Assembly: GCA_964016885.1 (NCBI GenBank)
Contig: OZ024741.1
Coordinates: 88,722,001 to 88,786,000, forward strand
Direction of reading: 5' to 3'
Length of the DNA: 64,000 bases
DNA from: Eledone cirrhosa
Lineage: Eukaryota
A program made the position numbers and the translations under genes. This document shows, in pieces, positions 39,684 to 51,446 of this stretch. Numbering within the stretch: position 1 is the stretch's first letter; each line of letters opens with the position of its first letter. The notes beneath the pieces are model-generated. The model ran no database searches, was not told the origin of the DNA, and was given only the letters and a program-made list of their open reading frames with translations.

Positions 39684-42575
39684 ATGTCGATATGTAACAC
39701 AAACTTCAACAAACCCGACAACCACCTGATCACCTATAGATCAGGGAAGCATTCTAGTCAGATAGATTTTATCCTCATCAGAGGAGGTGACAGATGGATG
39801 GTCGTAAACACAAAAGCCTTCCCTAGTGAGGAATGTACCTCCCAACATAGCTTAGTTGTCAGCGACCTCACAGTCAGAACTAGACGAATCTGGAAATAGA
39901 GGCCAACCTGGAGAAGAAAGATCTGGAAGCTGAAAGACCCCTCAGCCAGTAACAGATTTAAAGATATTTTACTCGACGCCTACGACAGTAAAGAAGAACA
40001 GATAGAGACATTCAATGTAGAAGAGCACTGGGAATTCCTAAAAAATAACTTACAAGAGGCGACGGATGAGATCTGTGACTGGAGTAAGACCACAAGCAGG
40101 AGGAGAGTGACTTGGTGGTGGAACAATAAGGTAGATGAGGAAGTTAAGGCCAAGAGACAGGCATGGAAAGAATGGAAGAACGGAGGGAGCAGGGTACATT
40201 ACATAGAGACGAAGAGGGAAGCTACGCGACAAGTATACTTAGCTAAAAGGGAAGCAGAGGATAGAAAATTCAAGCATGTTTTGCAACGTGAGGACCAGAA
40301 ACAGGAGGTGTTCAAGATTGCGAGGCAGTCTGTCAGAGAGAAGTGTATCCGGAATGATAAAGGTGAGCTTGACAGAGTTCCACGTGTTGTAATCTGGTGG
40401 GCTCTTAGAAAACTAGGAGTAGATGAATGGCTTGTGAAAGCTGTACAAGCCATGTATAGGGGAGCAGTCAGCAAAGTTAGGATTAGCAATGAGTATAGCG
40501 AGGAATTTAGCGTACAGGAAGAGTCATTATGATAGATTACTAAATGAGGAGAATGCATGGGAAGAAGAGACCCTACCCCAAGTAGACCCTATAGAGGGGC
40601 CAGCAGTACAAGTCAGCAGCAGCGTAGTAAGTAAGGCAATCAAAGATATGAAGATGGGGAAGGCAACCGGTCCATCGGGTATAGCTGCCGAGATGCTGAA
40701 GGCATCTGGGTCTGTAAGTCACACTATAACCACACGTATTGTTAACCAGGTAATACTAGGTGTCATACCAAAAGATTGGTGCAGTAGCATCATTGTTAAC
40801 TGCTACAAAGGTAAAGGTGATGCACTCGATAGAGGAAACTGTAGAGGTATAAAGCTGATGGACCAGGTCATGAAAGTAACAGAAAGAGTTATAGCACAGT
40901 TGATTAGGGACCGGGTGAAACTAGATGAGATGCAATTTGGGTTTGTACCAGGAAGAGGCACCACTGATGCCCTCTTCTTTGTGAGGCAGTTACAGGAAAA
41001 GTACCTAGCTAAAAGTAAGCCACTCTACCTGGCAATCGTCGATCTCGAGAAAGCCTTTGACAGAGTTCCACGTGTTGTAATCTGGTGGGCTCTTAGAAAA
41101 CTAGGAGTAGATGAATGGCTTGTGAAAGCTGTACAAGCCATGTATAGGGGAGCAGTCAGCAAAGTTAGGATTAGCAATGAGTATAGCGAGGAATTTAGCG
41201 TACAGGTTGGGGTCCACCAGGGCTCTGTTCTTAGCCCTCTCCTGTTCATCATAGTCCTGCAGGCAATAACGGAGGAGTTTAAGACCGGATGCCCATGGGA
41301 ACTCCTGTATGCTGATGACCTCGCACTTATAGCTGAATCTATGGTAGAACTAGAGAAGAAATTCCAAACTTGGAAGCAGGGACTAGAAAGAAAGGGTCTC
41401 AAAGTCAACATGACAAAGACTAAGGTCCTTATAAGTAGACGAGAAAACAGAACCCAGATCCCCTCAGGGAAATGGCCTTGCTCAGTATGTAGGAAAGGTG
41501 TAGGTAGGAACTCCATTCTCTGCCCCAAGTGCAAACAATGGGCACACAAGAGATGTAGCGGGATCTCAGGAAGCTTAATTAAGAATGTAGGCTTCACATG
41601 CAGCAGCTGTACTGGGACAGCAAGCAGCAAACAGCCACAGGAAACAAGTACCACCAATCTCTGGGAGGGCTCTGTAGAGACAGTAGACAGCTTCTGCTAC
41701 CTAGGTGACCGAATTAGCAGCGGAGGTGGGTGTTCAGAAAGTACAATAACTAGGGTAAGAACGGGATGGAAGAAGTTCAGGGAACTACTGCCACTGCTAG
41801 CTGCAAAAGGCTTCTCCCTCAAAATGAAAGGCAGACTGTATGATGCATGTATCCGAACAGCAATGTTACATGGTAGTGAGAGCTGGGCGCTGAAGGTGGA
41901 AGACTTACGTAGATTAGAGAGAAACGAAGCCTGCATGCTCCGATGAATGTGTAATAGTAATATACACGAACGACAAAGCATAAATGAATTGAGAGAGAGA
42001 CTGAGCATAAGAGAAATCAAATGCTGTGTGCAGGAGAGGCGGTTGCGTTGGTATGGACATGTGATGCGTATGAAGGATGACAGCTGCATAAAAAGGTGCA
42101 GAGCACTAGAAGTCGATGGAAACCGTGGAGTGGGGAAACCCAAGATGACCTGGGATGAGGTGATAAAAGCCAACCTTACCCAATTACACCTCTCAAAGGC
42201 GATGACACACGACCGTGACCACTGGCGTCACGCAGTAATACAGAGTACCCGACCTCCCATGGGTACAAGCTGAAGCATATAGACAATATGCCCCCACACC
42301 CTCCCACTGCAAGGTGGTCGTGGAGAGCCACGGCAAAAATGCACCCAGCCCACACTGTAAAGTGGACATGTAGGCGCCACAAAAAAGCACCCAGCACTCA
42401 CTGTAAATGAGGTTGGTGTTAGAAAGGGCATCCAGCTGTAGAAATCAAGCCAAATCAGTTCCTGTATGAGCAAAGCATGGTCAGCCGACCAGACACTGCA
42501 CACAACAGGACAACCCGTCTAACCCATGCTAGCGTGGAAGAACGGACGTAAAACGGTGATGATGATGATGATGAT
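39684..42575 (+). mobile_element. 5'-truncated RTE-clade LINE (end of APE, RT, PHD-like finger), inactivated
   Basis: SQIDFIL and QHSLVV APE end; RT motifs QFGFVPGRGTTDA, VDLEKAFDRV, GVHQGSVLSP, LLYADDL; RRLRWYGHV; in-frame stops; (GAT)n tail. Confidence 0.95.
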
Positions 42576-44017
42576 TCCAAAAATCTACATAAAAGACACT
42601 GCCTATGATTTTCAAATAATTTTGAAAATAATGAAGAATTTGAAGGGTTTAGTTTGTTTGAGATGAGTAAGAGATAGAGAATATTTTTAAGGATGTTATA
42701 TAATTGTTTGGGTGTTTCAGCAACAAACTATAGTGTAATATTTGAGGAAGAGTTGGTTGCTATGTCTTGCATCTTGAAAGAAGTGTTTGAGGATAATTTG
42801 GTGGAATTGGCTACTATATCTTATAGGCCAAGAGTAAAGGTGGAAATACCTTGGTGGAGGAGTGACAAGTGTATGCATGAGGTGTATACATATAAATAGA
42901 ATCTCACATTCTGAGTATTTCAAATGGGGATAAAACTTCAATTAATATATGTGAAAAGTGGCTGGTGAAGGAAGAGCATCCAGCCATAGAAAACCTGCTA
43001 AATAATGGGTCAGGAAGACTTTTCAGCTACATCCAAGACATGACAATTTCCCTTGGGTTGGTGCCATGATAAAATGCACTTAGCTGAGTATGGGATTATA
43101 TCATGAACCCATAGATCATGTGGAGGTCAGAGGCACCAACTGAGTGCTAACTGGTATCCATTGGAGGAAGATAATGTTTGAGCAGGACTTGGCTGTTATG
43201 TCTTGCAGGCCCTGGTTTATTCATTGGCTTATGAGGACAATTACTGTTGATGGTGTTGTTGCTGTTGTTGCTTGTGGTGATGGTAGTGGTAGTGATGATG
43301 GTGTTAATGATGTTTTGTTCAATGTATCTCAAGAAGAGCAGTGCTCATAATTAGCACTCCAAAGTCAGTGAAATCAATTAAGCAGCCTGTTTAACAGTGT
43401 TTGAGGAATGGAGTATAGTTAAAGACGGGTTCCAGATTGAAAAGTTTTGGTCATTGATTTGTCCCAGTTACATAACATTGGAATAGAATGGACTGGATCT
43501 CTGTTGGTTTCAATGATCAGTGTCCAGTTGTTCAATCAATAAAACAGCCCACTCATAAAATTATCATGTAAGTGGCTGAAGTACACAATGTAATTCTCAG
43601 AGAGATTTCAGAAGGCATAGATTGTGACAAGTTTATCCCTTTGAATTACAGGTACAGCTCATCTGATGGGCTTCCAAACAGTTTCCGTCTACCCATATAG
43701 GTATAGGTTGGCCTGAGGCTATGGTAAATGACACATGCCCAAGATGTCACACAGTGAGATCGGTCTCAAGACCTAATGAAGTGAACTCCTTAACCATACA
43801 ACCAAAATGTGTCCAGTCAAGAAATGAATATGGTATAAAGCTCTTCTGGATAGGATGCTAGCTTCACCTTCACCCCACTTATATATATACACACACATAC
43901 AAGCCTCTGCATATATACACACATTCCATACAAAAACATGTTTGTGTGTGTGTCCAAGCTGTTTATTTAAGTTGAAGTTATTTGTTCCATAGAACAAACA
44001 TTCACACACATATACAC

Positions 44018-44099
44018 ATGACTACAGGCATGTGTGTGTGTGTATGTATGTATGTGTATATATATATATATATACACACACATACACATGCCTGTAGTC

Positions 44100-44101
<2 letters not shown>
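44018..44101. repeat. microsatellite-centred inverted repeat
   Basis: ATGACTACAGGCATGTGT...ACACATGCCTGTAGTCAT around a (TG)/(TA)/(CA) tract. Confidence 0.85.
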
Positions 44102-44138
<37 letters not shown>

Positions 44139-44283
44139 ACATACACACAGTAGTATTCTGCCATGGTTACATGTAGTTTATCAAGTAAAAGTCATCAGAA
44201 GTCATTTGTAATTCATTTGAAATAGTAATTATATATTTTTCCCTGGTTAGGCTAGTGAAGAGGAGGAAGAAACTTTACAGGGT

Positions 44284-44505
44284 CACCACCAGCACTCCCA
44301 TCAACATCACTACCAGCACTCCCATCAACATCACTACCCACCACCAGCACTCCCATCAATATCACTACCATCACCACCATCAACAGCACTACCAGCACCA
44401 CCACCACCATCACTACCAGCACCACCATCAGTATCAACTTCACCAATACCATCAACATCACTATCATCACCAATAACAAAAACAACGACAACACCACCAT
44501 CACCA
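44284..44505. repeat. degenerate (CAC/CAT)n low-complexity tract
   Basis: Includes three copies of ACCAGCACTCCCATCAA(C/T)ATCACT; an opposite-sense (GTG/GTA)n tract lies at 44820-44935. Confidence 0.85.
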
Positions 44506-44746
44506 TTTTGTTGCTGAATTCACCATGGGGCCACCAACCAAATGGTTCCAACAGTTGTAGGTGTAACTAGATTAAAAGTATAATAAAAACAACAACATAT
44601 AATTAACATTCCATACATAGTTTCTGTTAATGACATAGATGTGTTTTACTAGTGACAGACAGACATGAATGAGTGAGAGGGGGAGAGAGAGGGAGGAGGG
44701 AATGTGATGGCTAATGAAATGAAATAACAGAATTAAGCCTTCTCAC

Positions 44747-44798
44747 CATTGGCTTTTTCACCTAGGTGACAAAGGTTCAATTCTTGACATGGGAACCA
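44747..44798 (+). pseudogene. 5'-truncated tRNA-Glu(TTC) retrocopy ending in CCA
   Basis: TTTTCAC anticodon loop, CTAGG, TGAC, GGTTCAATTC T loop and ATGGGAA-CCA follow the 3' half of metazoan tRNA-Glu-TTC (TTTTCACCCAGG..GGTTCGACTCCCGGTATGGGAA). Confidence 0.55.
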
Positions 44799-45084
44799 GT
44801 ATTCAATGGTTTGCACAATGGGTAATAGTGGTTGTGGTGGTGGTAGCGGTTGCAGTGATTGTAGTAGTAGTGGTGGTGGTGGTTCTGGTGGTGGTAGTAG
44901 TGGTTGTGGTAGCAACAGCAGCAGTTGTAGTAGTACACACACACACACTCACACCACTAAGAACATCCATACCTCAACTAGAATGTAAACAAATCCAAAC
45001 CAAACCCATGCCACAGCCAAAGCAAGGACAAACCACAGTCCTATAAAACACCATACAACATTGGTCATAAATTGAATTCACACA

Positions 45085-45120
<36 letters not shown>

Positions 45121-45307
45121 CCATCATCTCACAAATCACAACAAACACTATTTTTTTTTTGTCACATCTCTAGTTTGAGGAACAGATCGATAATGGAGTC
45201 GGTGACCTTGAGGAGCCAATCCTCTGCGAGACGCGCGTAGCAGGTTGATACACAATAAAATTCTAATACATGTAAACAAAGCTTCCTCGTTTTTTATACA
45301 CACACAT

Positions 45308-48300
45308 ATCATCATCATCATCATCATTTTACGTCCGCTTTTCCCTGCTTGCAAGGGTGGGACTGGTCTTATTCAGCACAGCATCTCTCCACTCGTCACG
45401 GTCCCTCGTCATCTCCACCGTGAGCTTCAATGATCTGAGGTCTGTTCTCACCACCTCTGCCCATGTTTTTCGTGGTCTACCTCTACCACGTCTTCCTTCA
45501 ACTGGCAATTCCTGGCACTTCTTCACCCATCGGTCATCCTCCATGCGTATCACATGTCCATACCACCTCAGTCTCCTCTCCCGTAAACTACATTCTATCC
45601 CTCTCAGACACAGTTTCTCTCTCAACACATTTAAGCTGGGTCATTCACGCACATCCAACGGAGCATGCTTGCCTCATTTCTCTCCAGCCGTCGCATGTCC
45701 TCTGCAGTTGCTGCCCATGTCTCACTACCATGCAGCATCGCGCTCCTCACACAGGCATCATACAACCGGCCTTTCGTACGCAAGGAGAAACCCTTCTTCG
45801 TCAACAGAGGAAGCAGCTCCCTAAACTTCTTCCAACCCGTCCTTATTCTAGATACTATGGCCTCGGAACACCCTCCTCCCATGCTAATCTGATCTCCTAG
45901 GTACCGGAAGCTATCCACCACTTCTATAGCGCCCTCCTGTATTTGAAAAATGTGTCTATCAATGCGACTTCTACTGTCTAATTTCCCTGTACATCTACTG
46001 CATACATATTTCTCCCTTCCTGTTAGTTTGCCTGCTATCCCGCTACATCTCTTGTGTACCCAGGATCTGCATTGTGTGCATTTTATAGAATTTATGCCAG
46101 TTCCTTTTCTGCATATTGAACATGGCCATTTCCCTGATGGAATCAGAGTTTTGTCCTCTTTTCTACTCATCAACACTTTTGTCTTAGCTAGATTTACTCT
46201 CAGTCCTCTTGCTTCCAACTGCTGTTTCCATAGCCAGAATTTATTCTCTAGCTCCTCTACTGATTCTGCTATAAGAACCCATGGACAGCCAGTCTTAAAC
46301 TCCTGTTATGGCTTGGAGGACTATAATGAACAAAAACGGGCTGAGGACCGAACCCTGATGTACTCCTACTTGTATCTGAAATTCCTCACTAAACTCCATT
46401 CCTACCCTGACTTTACTGAGAGTACCTCTGTACAAAGTTTGCAGTCCTCACAAGCCATTCCTCAACACCTAGCTTCCTTAGGGACCACCAGATGACAGAT
46501 CGGGGTACCCTATCAAAGGCCTTCTCTAGGTCAACAAAGGCTAAGTATAGTGGCTTATTCTTCTCTAAGAACCTCTCTTGCAATTGTCTCACCAAGAAGA
46601 GGGCATCTGTTGTACTCTTCCCAGGCACAAAACCAAACTGCATCTCATCTAGTTTGACCCTTTCTCTAATTAGCTGTGCTAAAATCCTTTCTGCCACTTT
46701 CATAACCTGATCTATCAGTTTTATACCCCTATAATTGCTCCTCTCCAAAGCATCCACTTTACCTTTGTAGCAATTTATGAGAATACTGCTGCACCAGTCT
46801 TTGGGTATGACACCACCATATATAGCCTGATTGATGATGTGTGCAACCAGTTTAGTGCCTACGTCCCCTGATGCCTTCAGCATTTCAGCAACTATTCCCG
46901 GTGGTCCGGCAGCCTTACCATTTTTCATTTCCCTAATCGCCTCTTGGACCCTATATTCGTCAATCTCAATAGCTGGTCCCTCTGTCGGATCTACCAAGGG
47001 TAATTTCTCTCTCTCCCATTTGTTCTCCACATTCATCAGTCTTTCATAATGACATTTCCAGGCCTCCTTTTTCTGATCATTCGTGACACTAAGTACACCG
47101 GCATCATCCCGGACACATTTATCTCCAACAACATCCTGATTTGCATTGACACACTGCCTTGCAATGTGGAACACCGCACGCCTCTGATCTTCCCGTCGCA
47201 GAACATTGGCAAACCTCCTACTCTCTGCCTCCCTGCATGCTAAGTACACCTGACATCTAGCTTCTCTCTTAGTGGCTGTATATTTTTCCCTACTCCCACC
47301 CTTTTCCCAAGCCTTCCATGCTAGTCTTTTGTCTCTAATAGCCTTATCTACTGTGCTGTTCCACCACCTGGTCACTCTCTGTCTGGTTGGAGCTCTGCTC
47401 CAGCCACAAGTTTCATCAGTAGCCTGCAGCAAGTTGTCATGTAAGAAATTCCAGTTATTATCTATGTCATACATCTCTAAATCGTCTTCATTTTCGTCAT
47501 ATACATCTTGAAGGGCTTTCCTAAATTTGTATTTTAGTGAAAGGTCTTTTAGCTTCCAGACCTTTCTTCTCTACACCTTCCTATATGTCTCATTCCATAT
47601 CTTGCTTACTGAGATATCACTAACAACTAACCTATGCTGTGGGGTACATTCTTCCCCAGGGTATGCCTTGGTATTAGACACTATCTGCCTGTCCCGCTGC
47701 CTAACTAGTAAGAAGTCAATCTGGCTTATGTGCTCACCAGATTTGTAGGTTATTAGGTGATTGGCAGGTTTCTCGAAGTTTGTGTTGCAAATAGTCAATG
47801 TACCTGTATCACAAAATTCAAGAAGTCTCACTCCTTCTTCATTTCTTGAACCGTAACCGTGCCCACCATGTACCCCAGTGTAACCATCTTGGAGCTGTCC
47901 AACACGACCATTGAAGTCTCCTGCTAGCATAACGATGTCTCTGTCCTCTGTCATTGCGGTTGTTTGCAAAAGTTGCTCATAAAAGCAGTCTTTCTCATCT
48001 TTGCCTAGGCCTGCTTGGGGAGCATAGGCCGAGATGATTGTCAGTAGTCTCCTACCTACAACTAATCTAAGCTTAATTATTCGATTGCTAACTCGAACTA
48101 CCTCTATTGTCTTATTGATCCATTTCTCAGCCAGGAAAATGCCTACTCCCCTAACCCATCATCCTTACCTACCCAGAATAGCTTATAGCTAAGACGTTTG
48201 CCTACGACTAGTCTCGCAGAGGCACCTCTCCATCTCACCTCTTGCACGCAGCACACATCCACATGCCTTCTCTCCAGCATCTCCGCTATTTCAGCAGATC

Positions 48301-48530
48301 TACCTCTGAGAGTGCCAACATTAAGTGTTGCAACTCTGAGATGCGACGTCTTCATATTTTGTTGTCGTTCCTATTTGTTGCTGTGCTGATAAGCGTTTTG
48401 GCATTGATACACTGGTTGGATGCCCTTCCTAACACCAGCGCCACTTTACAGCATGGACTGGGTGCTTTTATTTGTGCCAACAGCACTAGAGAGGATGTCT
48501 TACTAGACTCAAGGGCCCTCTCTACCCCTC
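45308..48530 (-). mobile_element. near full-length RTE-clade LINE (APE, RT, PHD-like finger), frameshifted
   Basis: MKTSHLRVATLNVGTL...VCCVQE APE start, AGDFNG, SQIDF, RT motifs FVDLEKAFDRV, RRLRWYGHV, (ATG)n tail at 45308-45326; several frameshifts; YADD deleted. Confidence 0.95.
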
Positions 48531-48556
48531 CATTTTATATATATATATATATATAT

Positions 48557-48878
48557 GAGTCTTAATGTTTTAAGTGCTAGTCCTTCACCAGAAGATAGAA
48601 TGGGAAATAAAAGAAGAACTAGAAAGATAGGAGAGAGTGAGAAGAGGAAAAGTGGAAAAAGAAATTTGGAGAAAAAGCATATGTGTTCAGTCAGTCATAT
48701 CATCATCACCATTTTATGTCCATGATGATGATAATGATGATATGACTGACCGAAAACACATGCTTTTTCACCAATTTATTTTTTCCATTTTTCCTCTTCC
48801 CACTCTAGCTTTCTATTTCTTCTTTTATTTCTCATTCTATCTTCTGATGAAGGACTAGCACCCAAAACATTAAGACTC
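48557..48878. repeat. imperfect inverted repeat (about 145-bp arms) with hammerhead-like cores; probably Penelope-derived
   Basis: 48557-48706 is the diverged reverse complement of 48734-48878; each arm has CTG(A/G)TGAAGGACTAGCAC..AAAACATTAAGA. Confidence 0.8.
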
Positions 48879-49398
48879 TTTTCCTACTATATCAAGTGTT
48901 AAACTAATATATATCTTCATTGTACTGTATTCTTTGTTGTATTGTTTGCTGTTGACTTTTCCTGCATGCACACACACTTTTTTTCTTTATATTTCACTTA
49001 TTCCTGCAAGGGTCATGGGGGCAACAGGGAACAAAAAGCGCTACTTAAGGTTTCAAGATCCAATTATGACCATCTCCCCAGATTGGTGATGGTGGTGCAA
49101 AGTGAAGAGCAATCAAATTTGTGACCGAGTCAGCTGGTACTTTATGAAATAATTATTTATATATTTATTTGCATCCTATAACAAAGGAAAATAATTCAAG
49201 ATGTAAAATTGAAATGTATATGTTTGTGTCTGTGTCTGTCTTTATGCATACTCAGTACAGCAGATGTTGTTATGTGGTGGTATGTAATATAGAGATTTTT
49301 ATTTTTATTTAGTGTTGAGTTGAGTAGTATAGAAGGTGTACCACATCTTGCAAATGTGGAAAAATAGAAAAGTTATTTAGAAAGTACAGAAATCAATA

Positions 49399-49640
49399 TC
49401 AAGGTGGTTGAAGATCAAGTGAATTCGTTGAGTATTTCCATTTAACAAAGAGTTGTCCATTGAGATGTAGGCATCCTCTAAAAGTTTTGTTCTTAGAGTT
49501 GAAGTAATTATTATTTACAGAGAACAAAAATTGCAAGATCCTAAATTTTTCACTGAGGCAGAGACAACATATCTTGGTACTGATGTTATAAAGACTGGAT
49601 TTTTCAGGCACCTTCAAAGTAATCTGATGTAGGACTCCTC
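49399..49640 (-). mobile_element. Penelope-like element GIY-YIG C-terminal remnant
   Basis: YNISTKICCLCLSEKFRIL...FNSKN...GCLH fits the Y....K.C.LCL.EK..I...LN.....C.H terminus of PLE endonucleases. Confidence 0.65.
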
Positions 49641-49704
49641 TATCAATTGCCAGGGCCATGCTGATTCTCATATCAGTGTCTCTCCACACATATACACACA
49701 CATT

Positions 49705-50310
49705 ATTATCATCACTGTTTAACGTCCATTTTTCCATGTTAGCATGGGTTAAACAAGTTGTCCTATTGTGAGATAAGCCAGATCAGATAACCATATCTTG
49801 TTCATACAGAACTGATTTTGACTTGGTTTCTATGGCAGGATGCCTTTCCTAATGCCAATCAGATTTACAGTGTGTACTGGGTACTTTTTGTCATGGCACT
49901 CACAGAACCACTTTACAGTGTGGGCTGGGCACTTTTTGTTGTGACATCTACGCCCACTTTACAGTGGACTGGGTACTTCTTGGCATATCACCAACACAAC
50001 CACTTTACTGTGTGGACTGGGGGATGGGGTGGGGAGGTGCATGGGGACAGCAGGTTTATTTAGGGTGGTGACTTATCGGGTGACGTGTGGTGGGTAGGGA
50101 CATAGGTGAAGGGTGGGGCATTAAGATATGGGTGGAGGGTTAGAACAGGTGAGGAGAAGGTAGAGGAAAGTGGTGCATACTAGATGCTTGCTTTAGCCTG
50201 TGCGCATGGGAAGGCAAGTCTTCTGTATTACTGCATAACACCAGAGATCTCGATCCTGTGTTTGAGAGGTGCAATTGCGCGATGTCAGCCTTTATCACCT
50301 CATCACACTC
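49705..50310 (-). mobile_element. decayed 3' end of an RTE LINE related to 39684-42575
   Basis: Reverse-complement similarity to 42150-42575 (GATGAGGTGATAAAGGC; AACCCATGCTAACATGGAAAAATGGACGTTAAAC tail). Confidence 0.75.
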
Positions 50311-50700
50311 TCAGAATGTGATAACCCATACCAGCATGGAAAATAACTGTAAAACAGTGGTGGTGATGATGATGATGGTGATGTATATGTCCTTGTCTAT
50401 GTTGAAGTTAGTGCTTATGTTAATAACTTAGTGGATGACTAAAAAAAAAAACAGAAAAAAGTGCAAGGCTTTTAATGGGGTTAATATAATGGAATGACTC
50501 AAGATTGTGCCCAGCATGGCCACAGATTGAAACCAGACTAACTGAACAGACATGTGCTTTCTCTGGAAAAAAAAATTTTCTGTCCCTTCTTCTTTTCACT
50601 CTTGTCCATCTTTTTATTTCTTCTTTTATTTCTCATATTTCTCATTCTGATGAAGGACTAGCATCTGAAACATTAAGACTTTTTTCTTACTACATCAATT

Positions 50701-51042
50701 CATTCATTCATTCATTTCATTTTACGTTCGCTTTTTCCCTGCTTGTAAGGGTGGGACGGGAACTAATTTTGGCTTGATTTCTACAGCTGGATGCCCTTCC
50801 TAACACCAACCTCATTTACAGTGAGTGCTGGGTGCTTTTTTTTGCCGTGGCACCTCCACGACCACTTTGCAGTGGAATGATAGAGACCCCAGTCCCTATC
50901 ATCTCATTTCTACAGCTGAGTAAACTGGAGCAATGTGAAATAAAGTGTCTTGCTCAAGGAAACAACACATCACCCGGTCTGAGAATTGAACTCACAACCT
51001 TTCGATTGCAAGGCCAATGCTCTAACCACTAAGCCATGTGCC
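50701..51042 (-). mobile_element. full-length tRNA-derived SINE with RTE tail and 6-bp TSD
   Basis: A box TGGCTTAGTGG, B box GAGTTCAATTC, CCTTGAGCAAGACAC core, tail matching the LINE 3' end at 45320-45365, (GAAT)n end; TCAATT duplicated at 50695-50700 and 51043-51048. Confidence 0.92.
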
Positions 51043-51283
51043 TCAATTATTAAACTAATATATTATCATTGTACTGTATTATTCTCCTGTGGTAGTTATC
51101 CGTTTACCATTCACATACATACACATATGTACGTAGGTAGGTAGGTGTGTGTGAGTATGTATATGTATGTATGCAGGTATGTGTGCATGTATGAATGAAT
51201 AGATGTGAAAAATCAACAGGAAAATCAACATAGGAAAGCAATACAGTACAATGATGATATATATTAGTTTAATAATTGATATA

Positions 51284-51446
51284 CAGATAAAATTCCGTTA
51301 TAACGAATTTTTCAGTATAACGAAATTTTTTCAATCGCCGAGGTAATAAACACTCGATTTGTTTCGGATGATCTCGTTATAAAGAATTTTTCGTTACAAT
51401 AAATTTTTTAATCCCCCTTGAATTTCGTTATAACGGAATTTTACTG
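51284..51446. mobile_element. Tc1/mariner-pogo-type MITE
   Basis: TIRs CAG(A)TAAAATTCCGTTATAACGAA / TTCGTTATAACGGAATTTTACTG flanked by TA on both sides. Confidence 0.88.

Noticed and set aside
41025-42173. Antisense ORFs over the LINEs (also 45357-48389 on +)
   Set aside because: Shadows of the RTE ORF with no independent motifs.
44252-45046. His-rich, Val-rich, Pro-rich and Gly/Ser-rich ORFs
   Set aside because: Products of degenerate trinucleotide tracts, with no splice or homology support.
50965-51042. Functional tRNA gene
   Set aside because: A and B boxes are present but the acceptor stem does not close; it is the head of a TSD-flanked SINE.
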